Both the position numbers and the translations under genes were made by a program. Shown here in pieces: positions 35,191-46,964 of a stretch of 64,000 nucleotides of DNA. The notes under the pieces were generated by a model. It did not search any database. It was not told the DNA's origin and saw only the letters and a program-made list of their open reading frames with translations. This stretch comes from Octopus sinensis (Eukaryota), in the NCBI RefSeq assembly GCF_006345805.1, contig NC_043001.1, positions 129,394,001 through 129,458,000 on the forward strand. Reading direction: 5' to 3'. Each line of letters opens with the position of its first letter. The first letter of the stretch is position 1.

Positions 35191-35799
35191 TATATATACA
35201 TATATATACATATATTTATATACTGTCTGCAGCTCAAAGAAGCATGCTGTAAAATATTAGAGCAATAATATACTTAGAAGGTTGTATAGCTGGTCAGAGA
35301 GTGACCATTGGATGGCACATAATAGGCTATGTGCCTCTGACCCTTCGAGTCTGATGTCGTACCTATACAGCCAACCACTTTAATGGTGTGAAGGTAATGA
35401 TCACTCATAGCTTGGAGTGTTGAAATAAAAAAAAAGAAAAGAAAAATAAATAAAATTAAGAAATCTGGATTTGAAATCTGAACAAGTCTGGTTGGTATGC
35501 CACTGTCTTAGACAAATCAATAGACTTAAATTACTCTGCTGTAATACAGCAAATGACTTATTTTCATAAGTGATGCCTTGGAAGATATTTCCTGCTATTT
35601 CTGAATGTTATTAATAATGATGACCATGATGATGATGATGATGCTGATATTAAAGCTGATAGTGATGGTGATGATGATGATGATGATCTCAATATTCATG
35701 ATGAACAATTGAAAGTTAAAATTGAACAAGAAAGATAAGGTAAATGAGAAATTGACTTCAATAACTATATGAATGAATGAGTGTATGTGTGTATGTATG

Positions 35800-35855
<56 letters not shown>

Positions 35856-36130
35856 TCTTCTGGATTTAAAATACATTACATGAGAACAGTCCAGAGATGG
35901 TAACAAGAGTGTCCAGACTTAAAAGTTCTTTCTGTCTTATTTACCGAAGTCATGCTCGCAAAAAAAAAAACCTAATACAAAAACATTTATCTGAAGCAAA
36001 TGAATGATGTACACACACATGCATACACACATATATATCTATATACACATACATGCATATATATATATATATATACACACACATATATATGTGAGTCCGC
36101 TGCTCTAACCACTGGGCCATTGCACCTCCA

Positions 36131-36161
<31 letters not shown>

Positions 36162-36767
36162 ATATATATGTACATATATATAACATAACAGCTTGGATTT
36201 ACCCTATCTACCTATATAGTATTGTATATACAGATATATATGTATTTATTCACACACACACGCACACATATATACGTACATCACAGATATATATATAGTA
36301 CATCTCTCTTTCTCGCTCTCTATGTATATATGTATATAAGTATGTATAAGTATGTATACATATTGTAGCATGACAGCCAAAACTGACTGATTATCTTTAT
36401 GAAATCCTGATAAAAGAAACCCAATTATTTTACTTTCGTAAACTTTCTATTGCACTGCAAACTTTTAAGTTACTCCCAGATACTACTTATTGTTACTTAC
36501 AAAAATTTCAGTATTTTTTCCATTCAAGTCCATCATAACCCTGTTACACTGCATATCCCAAGTTACTGAAATTATTATGTCATTTTAAGATAATCAACAA
36601 TGTGCTCAATATTATAAATATAGATTTTCAAAATACTGAACATAATCAATCAAATAAACCACCTGCTCTATGATATGTGAGTGTGCAGAAAGGCGTGTAT
36701 CAATGTTTCCACTAACTCTGAAGATGGCGTGCTGGCAGGATTGTTAACACACCAGACAAAATGCTTA

Positions 36768-37013
36768 CTCTATTACACTTTTACTTGTTTCAGTCATTTG
36801 ACTGTGGCCATGCTGGAGCACCATTTTTAGTCGAATCAAATCGACCCCAGGACTTATTCCTTGGAAGCCTAGTACTTATTCTATCTTTATCAGTCTCTTT
36901 TGCTGAACCGCTAAGTTATGGGGACATAAACACACCAACATCAGTTGTCAAGCAATGTTGGGTGGGAAACAAACACAGATACACAAACATATACACACAC
37001 ACACACACATATA

Positions 37014-37054
<41 letters not shown>

Positions 37055-37208
37055 TACGACAGGCTTCTTTCAGTTTCCGTCTACCAAATCCATTCACAAG
37101 GCTTTGGTTGGCCCAAGGCTATAGTAGAAGACACTTGCCCAAGGTGCCACACAGTGGGACTGAACCCGGAACCATGTAGTTGGTAAGCAAGCTACTTACC
37201 ACACAGCC
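36768..37208 (-). mobile_element. Family A SINE (left arm of 1-kb fold-back)
   Basis: Full body; head stops at cacacagccaa. Confidence 0.93.
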
Positions 37209-37383
37209 AATATAAATATACATACATTGTAAAGCGGTTGGCATTAGGAAGGGTATCCTGCCATATAAACCAAGCCAAGTCAGTCTGGAGACTGCACCAA
37301 GTTCCAGTCTGATTTGGCTTAGTTTCTATGGCAGGATACCCTTTCTAATGCCAACCGCTTTACAATGTATGTATATTCATATT
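37209..37383. repeat. Palindromic spacer: ~80-bp C-like arms with 13-nt loop
   Basis: tataaatatacatacattgtaaagcggttggcattagg...ctgga / tccag...taatgccaaccgctttacaatgtatgtatattcata; I count about 6 differences in 80 nt. Confidence 0.92.
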
Positions 37384-37772
37384 GGCTGTGTGGTAAGTAG
37401 CTTGCTTACCAACCACATGGTTCCGGGTTCAGTCCCACTGCATGGCATCTTGGGCAAGTGTCTTCTACTATAGCCTCGGGCCAACCAAAGCCTTGTGAGT
37501 GGATTTGGTAGACGTAAACTGAAAGAAGCCCGTCATATATATGTATATATATATATATGTGTGTGTGTATGTTTGTGTGTCTATGTTTGTCCCCCTAGCA
37601 TTGCTTGACAACTGATGCTAGTGTGTTTACGTCCCCGTCACTTAGCGGTTTGGCAAAAGAGACCGATAGAATAATTACTGGGCTTACAAAGAATAAGTCC
37701 CCGTGTCGATTTGCTCAACTAAAGGTGGTGCTCCAGCATGGCCACAGTCAAATGACTGAAACAAGTAAAAGA
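37384..37772 (+). mobile_element. Family A SINE (right arm of 1-kb fold-back)
   Basis: Starts tggctgtgtggtaag, the same truncation point as the left copy. Confidence 0.93.
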
Positions 37773-37899
37773 GTAATAATATGTGAATGTGAATATATAT
37801 GTGTGTTTAGGGAGCCTGTAGGAATGAAAGTAGGAAAATATCTGCATCTATTAGGTTGGCACAAAGTAACATGTAGTACACAGACATGTAAGCTCTTAC

Positions 37900-37945
37900 C
37901 TTTATAGATAAATGTTCAAGTATAGGCACAAATGTACAGGCACAC
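37900..37945 (-). other. Candidate 46-bp exon (coding status unknown)
   Basis: Minus strand acceptor tttgtatcttgttcctgtag|G and donor AAG|gtaaga; one open frame, CACTFVPILEHLSIK. Confidence 0.3.
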
Positions 37946-38280
37946 CTACAGGAACAAGATACAAACACACTCTTTACATTGGAATAACACCCTAAACATT
38001 TATTCATCCAATCATTTTGATCCCTTCAGTAACTCTTATCCTAGATTTTAACCCTCATACAGTGCAGGTTTTGCTTGTCTTACTGAAGTAAAACTTACTA
38101 ACAATGCATCACTTTGTTTAATATCTAATATCTGTCATCTTTATCTGGGCATCAAGTACCTCTTTTCCTGTCGCTAGGAGACTGATGATAAAGGCTTGAG
38201 TTTCATCTCAGAATGTAAAGGGCCTATAGCAGATGATATCACAAAGCACTTTATCCAACATACTAAGATTTTCAACAATC

Positions 38281-38694
38281 GTAGGAGTGGCTGTGTGGTA
38301 AGTAGCTTGTTTATGAACCACATAGTTCCGGGTTCAGTCCCACTGCGTGGCACCTTGGGCAAGTGTCTTCTACTATAGCCTTGGGCTGACTAAAGCCTTG
38401 TGAGTGGATCTGGTAGGCGGAAACTGAAAGAAGACCGTCGTATATATGTATATATATACATTTGTGTGTGTATATGTTTGTGTGTCTGTGTTTGTTCCCC
38501 CAACATCGCTTGACAACCGATGCTGGTGTGTTTATGTGACCTTAACTTAGCAGTTCGGCAAAAGAGACCGATAGAATAAGTACTAAGCTTACAAAGAATA
38601 AGTCCTAGGTCTATTTGCTCGTCTAAAGGCAGTGCTCTAGCATGGCCGCAGTCAAATGACTGAAACAAGTAAAAGAGTAAAAGAGTAAAGAGTA
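38281..38694 (+). mobile_element. Family A SINE
   Basis: gtaggagtggctgtgtgg...(aaagagt)n. Confidence 0.92.
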
Positions 38695-38928
38695 ATCCAC
38701 TGCCGTGGAGTCATAATTTTATTACTGTACCTGAAAGAACAACAGACAATGACCTTGATGAGATCTGAACTCAGAACATAGAAATCTGGCTGAAATACCA
38801 CAAAGTAATTCTATCCAACACTTTACCTACTCTTCTTTATCTTAATTCCTTCAATAATGAAGAAGCCAACATTTGGATTACTGAAAGATCATTGAATTGG
38901 GAAATCAGTCGAACATTGGTCTGAATAC

Positions 38929-39160
38929 CTATTTCTTTACTACCCACAAGGGGCTAAACACAGAGGGGACAAACAAGGACAGACATAGGTATTAAGTCGA
39001 TTACATCGACCCCAGTGCGTAAGTGGTACTTAATTTATCGACCCCGAAAGGATGAAAGGCAAAGTCGACCTCGGCGGAATTTGAACCCACAACGTAACGC
39101 AGACGAAATACCGCTAAGCATTTCGCCCGGCGTGCTAACGTTTCTGCCAGCTCGCTGCCT
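38929..39160 (-). mobile_element. Family B SINE
   Basis: tatttctttactacccac...gccagctcgctgcc; flanks share ctgaata(c/t)ct. Confidence 0.93.
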
Positions 39161-39280
39161 TGACTGAATATCTTTATGTTCTGAATACCTTATGTATACC
39201 TTTATTGGTCTGAATACCTTTATGTTCTTAGTTCAAGCCTTGCTGGGTAGACCTTGCTATTCAGCCTTCAAATGGGGTTA

Positions 39281-39699
39281 CTCTTTTACTCTTTTGCTCT
39301 TTTAATTGTTTCAGTCATTTGACTGTGGCCATGCTGGAGCACCGCCTTTAGTCGAGCAAATCAACCCCGGGACTTATTATTTGTAAGCCCAGTACTTATT
39401 CTATCGGTCTCTTTTGCCGAACCGCTAAGTGACGGGGACATAAACACACCAGCATCGGTTGTCAAGCAATGCTAGAGGGACAAACACAGACACACAAACA
39501 CATACACACACATACATATATATATATACATATATACGACAGGCTTCTTTCAGTTTCCGTCTACCAAATCCACTCACAAGGCATTGGTCGGCCCGGGGCT
39601 ATAGCAGAAGACACTTGCCCAAGATGCCACGCAGTGGGACTGAACCCGGAACCATGTGGTTGGTAAACAAGCTACTTATCACACAGCCACTCCTGCGCC
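39281..39699 (-). mobile_element. Family A SINE, full length
   Basis: Head intact to ccactcctgcgcct. Confidence 0.95.
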
Positions 39700-40604
39700 T
39701 AGTTGATGATTTAAAAAACTTGTCAAGGACTTGGTTCCAGTTTGATCAGTTGTTCCCTCCCTCAAAACTTATCATCTAAGATTAGAATCCAGTTATAACT
39801 CTTTCCATTTCTGCATCAAAATCCAATCAGGTTAGACTTATTCTAACATCTATTAATGTATCATTGTAATAACAAGCAGCATAATTAGAAAGATTCTTCA
39901 CCGTTAGAACATATACCAGATATGTGCTAAGTAATGTTATTAACTAAAACTTTTAAGGATTACCAGGGAATTGATATTAACACGCAGTAATTTTTTTTCA
40001 AAGATTTGTGGCATTGTATCAGTGTTAGGAATCATTCTTAAGATTAATGCTAATATAAATCAATACCATGGTCTGCCTTCCTTTTTTGTCTTGGTTTTTC
40101 AATTCTACCCCACTGACACTATTTTCTCATTGTTTCAATGAGTCAATGACAGTTATATTAGTATAATGATGATGATGATAATGATGATGATGATGATGAT
40201 AATGAGGAGGAGGAGGAGGAGAAGGATATTGAATGTTTATGATGATATTATTATTACTATTATTACTGTTGTTGTTTCTTTTTCTTGTTATTACTATTAT
40301 TATTGAACATAAGAAAAATCTGGAAATTGGAGATATAATTAAAATCAGTCCATGTGTAGTCATAACAGGAATTATATATTTTTTAATTTTTTTTTTTTAT
40401 TTCACATTCTCTTTACACCTTATGTTTTTCTTTTTATTTTAAAGACAAATGTTTTTATTAATTCTAAAATCTAAATTTCATGATAAAGTCTGCAAAAAGA
40501 AAAAAAAATTCAGTTATTAAAAGTTCTATATTTCACAGAGATAAGAGTAGCATTGTTTCTAATAGAAAAAGAAAATTGATTTCTTTAGAGTATCATCATC
40601 ATGA

Positions 40605-40642
<38 letters not shown>

Positions 40643-41003
40643 ATTATTATTAGCATCATAATTATTATTCATTGCATATGATGCATTTTTTTGAATGTGC
40701 ATGTCTTATACATAATACACATGGACACATACACACATGGTTTATATTTGCTTAACCAAATACAGGGCGGTGAGTCTGTGATAAGGTTTCAATTTTAACT
40801 AGAACTGTTTCCATTCTCTTGAGTAGCAAAGCAGTGAATTTTTTTCGTATTGTTGTTGAGCACAAGACTAGCTATAACAGAGCAGACTCATAATTGAAGG
40901 CCATTCCAGTTGTGACTATCCTGTCTGTTTTTAAAAGACAAACAAGACTACATTATCCAATGTATTACTTCCTTAGTTAAGATGGTGGACTTTGTAGTTT
41001 TAA

Positions 41004-41222
41004 CCCTTTGGTGTTCAGATTATTCTATCAAACATAATGCTTATTGATTCCCATTGATTTGAATTAATCATGCATTATCTCATGTCTTCAAGATCTTGAT
41101 GGTGTAATTACTTAATGTAGAATAACATTGTAGGGTAGGTGTGAGAGCCTGGATCTGGTCAGTTTGAATATAAAACAGATTAAATATTTTGGCCGGATAT
41201 GGCCAGTTTAAATACTAAAGGG
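41004..41222. mobile_element. piggyBac-type MITE (219 bp)
   Basis: TTAA on both sides (41000-41003, 41223-41226) with termini ccctttgg / ctaaaggg; TTAA TSD with CCC...GGG ends is the piggyBac hallmark. Confidence 0.75.
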
Positions 41223-41317
41223 TTAAAGATTTTAGGGAGATTCTGCTGCTATTTCTTATAGATCGAGCAAGCATATAGAGGCTTCCTCTTTGAAACATAA
41301 TCATTTCCTGTGCTCAG

Positions 41318-41376
41318 TATATGAAGAAATACAGAAGCTTTCATCAAGTCGATTTGGTATTGATGAAGATTTGAGG
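41318..41376 (+). CDS. Candidate 59-bp exon, product unknown
   Basis: atttcctgtgctcag| acceptor and AGG|gtaaat donor; only one frame is open: xYEEIQKLSSSRFGIDEDLR. Confidence 0.25.
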
Positions 41377-41554
41377 GTAAATTCAATTTTCCAATAATCA
41401 TTATGGTGTAGAAAAGAAAAAAAAAACAACAAAAAACCTAAGTGTATACAAACCAGAAGAAATATTTCTTCCTCTATTAGCTAAAAAGTTAATGAAAGAA
41501 ACCACAAGCAAATATTTATCTCCAGATGTGATTTGTAAATGAATATATAGCATT

Positions 41555-41720
41555 AAGGCATGTTGCGTAGTGGTTAGGGTGTTGAACTCATGATCATAAG
41601 GATGTGGGTTCGATTCCTGCATCAGGCAGTACATTGGACCTTTGAGCAAAGTACTCTACATCATTTTGCTAGTCTACTCAACTGAGAATGAGTATCAACC
41701 AATTGCTTGTGCAGTCCCGT
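41555..41720 (+). mobile_element. Family D SINE head, decayed
   Basis: ttgcgtagtggttagg (A box) and gggttcgattcc (B box), then cctttgagcaaagtactc. Confidence 0.65.
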
Positions 41721-41764
41721 CACCTGATGTCAAGACAACGGGACACAAATAAACATACGCACAC

Positions 41765-42060
41765 ATGCCCCCTGACTGGCTCCCATTCTGGTGGCATGTA
41801 AAAAGCATCATCTGAACGTGGTCGATGCCAGTGGCCACTGACTGGTCCCCATGCTGGTGACTTGTAAAAAGCACCCACTACACACTTGGAATGGTTGGCA
41901 TTAAGGAAGAGCATCCAGCTGTTGAAACCTTGCAAGATCAGATTGGAGCCTGGTGCAGCCTATTGGCTTGCCAGTCCTCAGTCAAACCGTCCAACCCATG
42001 GCAGCATGGCATGGAAAGCAGAAGTTAAACAGTGATGATGATGATGATGATGATGATGAT
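41765..42060 (+). mobile_element. Family C element
   Basis: Two units, then the body and a (gat)n tail. Confidence 0.85.
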
Positions 42061-42250
42061 GGGCTTCTTTCAGTTTTTGTTTACATCAAATCTGTTCATA
42101 AGCAGATTTGATATTTATTGTATAGACTTCAGAGAGATGAAAGGCAAAGTTGACGTTGATGGAATCTGATTTCAGAACATAAGAGACTGGAACAAATACT
42201 GCACAAGATTTCTTCTGCTGCTCAAATATTATAACCATTGACAAATATAT

Positions 42251-42625
42251 GGAGTGGCTGTGTGGTAAGTAACTTGCTAACCAACCACATGGTTCCGGGT
42301 TCAATCCCACTGCGTGGCATCTTGGGCAAGTGTCTTCTGCTATAGCCCCGGGCCGACCAATGCCTTGTGAGTGGATTTGGTAGATGGAAACTGAAAGAAG
42401 CCTGTCGTATATATGTATATATATATGTGTGTGTTTGTCCTCCTAGCATTGCTTGACAATCGATGCTGGTGTGTTTACATCCCTGTTACTTAGCGGTTCG
42501 GCAAAAGAGACTGATAGAATAAGTACTGGGCTTACAAAGAATAAGTCCCGGGGTCGATTTGCTCGACTAAAGGCGGTGCTCCAGCATGGCCGCAGTCAAA
42601 TGACTGAAACAAGTTAAAAAAGAGT
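42251..42625 (+). mobile_element. Family A SINE
   Basis: ggagtggctgtgtggtaag...gactgaaacaag. Confidence 0.92.
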
Positions 42626-42791
42626 ATACGAAAGAAATTGAGCCTACTTGTTTGAATGTATTTCTGTTTCGTACCATTTTCATGGAATTTATTCTCTTTC
42701 AGATAAAAGTTGAAACTCATTCAGGATATATGCAAGCAACTTGATAAAATGCAAAATATCAAGAAAAATAAATGAAAATAAAATGTAATTA

Positions 42792-43160
42792 TAGGTGCAG
42801 ACATGGCTGTGTGGTTAAGAGCTTTACTTCACAACCATGTGGTCTTGGGTTCAGTCCTACTGCACAGCATCTTGGATAGGATAAGAGTTTTTGTATATAG
42901 CCTCAGGCCAACCAAAATCTTGTAAGTGGATTTGATTGATGTGTGCATGTGTGTGTGTGTGTGTGTTTGTTTTCCCCCCATCACCATCTCAGCAAATGAC
43001 AAACTGTTGCTTTGTTTATATCCCCGGAGTCTGGCAAAAGAGACTGATAGAATAAGTCACAGGTTTAAAGAAATAAGTAATGGGGTTAATTTGGCTAACC
43101 CTTCAAGGTGGTGTCCCAGCATGGCTGCAGTCCAATGACTGAAACAAGTATAGGACAAAA
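42792..43160 (+). mobile_element. Old family A SINE
   Basis: aggtgcagacatggctgtgtggttaag...ccagcatggctgcagtccaatgactgaaacaag. Confidence 0.75.
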
Positions 43161-43294
43161 GATACAAAATAAACAAAAATAAATAAAATTTTTAAATTGT
43201 GCTTCATAATTTTTTATAAATAGAGTGAAAAAAGATATTAGCTGCAAAAGATTCTGAAATATCCAGAAGAAGTCAGTGAGAAAGGAGACGTATA

Positions 43295-43960
43295 TCTTTT
43301 ATCTTTTACTTGTTTCACTCATTAGACAGCAGCCCTGCTGGAGCACTGCCTTGGTGAATTTTTAGTTGAATGAATCAATTCTTGTACATATTGTTTCAAA
43401 GCCTGGTACTTATTCCATCGGTCTCTTTTGCTGAACTATTAAGTTACAGGGACATAAACACACCAACACCGGTTGTCAAGTAATGGTGGTAGACAACCAC
43501 TGACACACACCCACACACATACACGTGCGTGTGTCCAATGAACTTCTTTCAGTTTCTTATTTCTTTATTGCCCACAAGGGGCTAAACATAGAGGGGACAA
43601 ACAAGGACAGATACATGGATTAAGTCTATTACATTGACCCCAATGCATAACTGGTACTTATTTAATCGACTCCCGAAAGGATGAAAGGCAAAGTCGACCT
43701 CGGCGGAATTTGAACTCAGGACGTAACGGCAGACGAAATACGGCTACGCATTTTGCACAGTGTGCTAACGTTTCTGCCAGCTCACTGCCTTTAGACAGAA
43801 ACTTCTTTCAGTTTCTGTCTATCAAATCCACTCACAAGGCTATGGTCAGCTTGAGGCTATCGTTGAAGACATTTGTCCCAGGGGTCCACATAGGGGACTC
43901 TAGGACTGAACCTGGAATCATGTAATAGGGAAATAGGCTTCTTACAACTCAGCCATGCTG
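43295..43960 (-). mobile_element. Old family A SINE split by a young B insertion
   Basis: Tail half at 43295-43556 and head half at 43800-43960. Confidence 0.8.
43557..43790 (-). mobile_element. Family B SINE nested in an A copy
   Basis: aacttctttcagtttct occurs on both sides (17 bp, TSD-like). Confidence 0.92.
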
Positions 43961-44489
43961 CACAGCCATAAGTACGTTAGATATAAGGAAGGAGATAATA
44001 ATGCTGTTTAATATGAAGAGACAAATATGAAGGACAGCCTAAAATATAATTTTTCTTTGCATCATTTTCACCATGGAATCTCCTTTGTCTCATAATCTAT
44101 CAAACTGCATTAAAATCGTTTTCTGATAAGTTGGACAAAGAAGGACAGACAATACTAGGACCTTTGCAGGTCTTCTTGAGGATACTGATATTGATGGGTT
44201 GGTGTCCAGTTTGAAAATTTATCTGTAGATTGATGAGAATGAAAAAAGAAAAAAGACACTGCAAAAACAAGAGTAAATACAGGCAAATCAAGAAAAGATT
44301 TGATTTTTTTACATTTCAAAAATCAATTGATTTATAATTCTATTTCTCTTTGTTTCTCTTATTCTGTTGTGAAACAGCTTGGCAACTAACTGTTCATTAA
44401 CTTTTGATGAAATCTTAGTAGAAAGAAAGCCAGCCAACCAGCCAGCCAGTCAGTCAGTCCACTTATCTGTCTAACTACATACTTATAAC

Positions 44490-44720
44490 GACGGCGAGCT
44501 GGCAGAAACGTTAGCACGCCGGGCGAAATGCGTGGCGGTATTTCGTCTGCCGTTACGTTCTGAGTTCAAATTCCGCTGAGGTCGACTTTGCCTTTCATTC
44601 TTTCGGGGTTGATAAATTAAGTACCAGTTACGCACCGGGGTCGATGTAATTGGCTTAATCCCTTTGTCTGTCCTTGTTTGTCCCCTCTATGTTTAGCCCC
44701 TTGTGGGCAATAAAGAAATA
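44490..44720 (+). mobile_element. Family B SINE
   Basis: gacggcgagctggc...gtgggcaataaagaaata; cata(c/t)ttataac-like sequence on both flanks. Confidence 0.93.
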
Positions 44721-44854
44721 TACATACTTATAACTGACTGCTTGTCTGCATATCTGTCTTTGTGCACCCACTCTCACACACACACACACACAAGCTCACA
44801 TATGCATACATACTTCACACATTTATACATATATGTAAGTATATGTGTTTTGCA

Positions 44855-45370
44855 TACATACACACACACATACACATTTATATATACACACACATACACA
44901 TTTATATATACACACACATACACATTTATATATACACACATATACACATTTATATATACACACATATACACATTTACATATACGCACACATACACATTTA
45001 CATATACACAGACATACACATTTATATATACACACACATACACATTTATATATACACACATATACACATTTATATATACACACATATACACATTTACATA
45101 TACGCACATATACACATTTACATATACGCACACATACACATTTACACTTACATACACATTTATATATACACACACATACACATTTATATATACACACACA
45201 TACACATTTATACATACACACACATACACATTTATATATACACACACATACACATTTATATATACACACACATACACATTTATATATACACACATACACA
45301 TCTATATATACACACACATACACAGTTATATATACACACACATACACATTTATATATACACACACACACA
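44855..45370. repeat. 24-bp minisatellite (cacacacatacacatttatatata), about 21 copies
   Basis: Direct reading; the in-frame unit explains five overlapping ~200-aa ORFs on both strands. Confidence 0.95.
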
Positions 45371-45374
45371 CATA

Positions 45375-45755
45375 CAAAAAGCACCATTTGAGTGTGATCA
45401 TTAGCAGCGTCGCCTTACTGGTACTTGTGCCGGTAGCACATGAAAAAATATTTGATCGAGTCGAGTGAGGTCGTTGCCAGTGCTGCTGGACTGGCTCCTG
45501 TGCAGGTGGTACATAAAAAACCACCATTTGAGCATGGCCGTTGCCAGTACCGCCTGAATAGCCCTCGTGCAGGTGGTAGGTAAAAGCACCCACTACACTC
45601 TCAGAGTGGTTGGTGTTAGGAAGGGTATCCAGCTGTAGAAATTCTGCCAGATCATATTGGAGCCTGGTGCAGCCATCTGGTTTGCCAGTCCTCAGTCAAA
45701 TTGTCCAACCCATGCCAGCATGGAAAGCAGACATTAAATGATGAGGATGATGATG
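45375..45755 (+). mobile_element. Family C element with about 3-4 internal units
   Basis: gcaccatttgag units, body and gacattaaatgatg tail. Confidence 0.88.
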
Positions 45756-45774
45756 TTGATACATGTAAATATAT

Positions 45775-46040
45775 CACCTCGACTGGCTTCCGTGCTGGTG
45801 GCACGTAAAATGCACCAATCCGACCGTGGCCAGCCTCGCCTGGCACCTGTGCCGGTGGCACGTAAAAAGCACCCACTACACTCACGGAGTGGTTGGCGTT
45901 AGGAAGGGCATCCAGCTGTAGAAACATTGCCAGAAAAGACTGGAGCCTGGTGCAGCCTTCTGGCTTCCCAGATCCCCGGTCGAACCGTCCAAGCCATGCT
46001 AGCATGGAGAACGGATGTTAAACGATGATGATGATGATAG
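45775..46040 (+). mobile_element. Family C element, young
   Basis: Two gtg..ggtggcacgtaaaa units; ggatgttaaacgatgatgatg. Confidence 0.9.
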
Positions 46041-46234
46041 ACACACACATACATAAGTGAATATGTGTGTGTAAGCTGTCTAAGAGTCCATACATCAAGA
46101 AAAAATACACTTATATATCTGTTAGTAGAGTGGATATCTCAATTGAAGTGTACAGTATTATATATCCATTATGCCCCAGCATGGCCACAGCTTCAAGCTG
46201 AAACTGGTAATATATATATATATATATATAAATG

Positions 46235-46472
46235 ATATTACATTATTTACACTGAATGGATATGTGTCATCATCTTCTTTGTTGTTACCACATTTCATCT
46301 AATTTACTCTCCAGCCTTCATAAGGTGTCCTCATAGAATTTTGAACCCGACCCTGGGGTTTCATTCGTAAGGTATTTTTTGCTTATTATTATTTATTAAA
46401 GGCACTTCCTGAAATTGAACTCAGAATCTTGGGGTTAGTAGCCCATGCTCTAAACCATTATGCTATATGCCC
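46235..46472 (-). mobile_element. tRNA-headed element containing a degenerate hammerhead motif
   Basis: rc: gggcataTAGCATAATGG (A box)...GAGTTCAATTTC (B box)...(aat)n...cacCTTATGA-A-GGCTG-gagagtaaat-TAGAT-GAAAT-GT-ggtaacaacaaag. Confidence 0.6.
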
Positions 46473-46478
46473 ATGAGA

Positions 46479-46651
46479 ATAGCATAATGGTTAAGAACAT
46501 GGGCTACTAACTCCAAGATTCTGAGTTCAATTGCAGGCAGTGCCTTGAATAAATAATAATGATGATGATGATGATGAGGATGAAGATGATAATAATAATA
46601 ATAATAACATCAGCAAAAATTAAAAAAAGTACCTTAGGAATGAGAACCCAG
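46479..46651 (+). mobile_element. Second copy of the same tRNA-headed element, head-to-head, truncated before the hammerhead
   Basis: atagcataatggttaagaacatgggctactaactccaagattctgagttcaatt...accttaggaatgagaacccag mirrors 46351-46466. Confidence 0.75.
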
Positions 46652-46964
46652 AAATAGGAGTTAAAAATTCCTTTTATTAAAAATTTCATATTAACTCCTA
46701 TTTCTAATTTCGGTATGTGGTGAAGCAGTTAGCTGAACCCTAATTATAATTATGTGGATAATTTTACCTATAAAGGTTATTTTAATGTACCGATCTACTT
46801 GGTGAAATTGTTAATTAATTGATTAATTAATTAATAAATTTTACCACTTAGTGCTGAAGAGAAATCTAAAAAATCTAATTCACAATCCAGTTCTTCTGGG
46901 GAAGGAAAATCGAAACAAAAAAGGTTTGTATTGATTTCTCATTGATATTAATGATATTGTAAAA

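Noticed and set aside
35275-35372. let-7 precursor (aggttgtatag ... ctatacagcc)
   Set aside because: The seed tgaggtagt is missing and the arms are about 70 nt apart; kept only as an unexplained nested structure.
38177-38280. Plus-strand exon ETDDKGLSFISECKGPIADDITKHF...
   Set aside because: The only donor is a weak gtagga supplied by the adjacent SINE head.
44703-45593. Five overlapping 175-256-aa His/Tyr/Thr or Cys/Val ORFs
   Set aside because: All derive from a 24-bp minisatellite that is open in several frames on both strands.
45800-45920. HDV-like ribozyme in family C
   Set aside because: I could not fit the P1/P1.1/P2/P3 nested pseudoknot.
46853-46917. Hammerhead-like CTGAAGAG...TCGAAAC
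   Set aside because: Core words are present but stem II has only 2 pairs and stems I and III are not supported in this copy; left unresolved.
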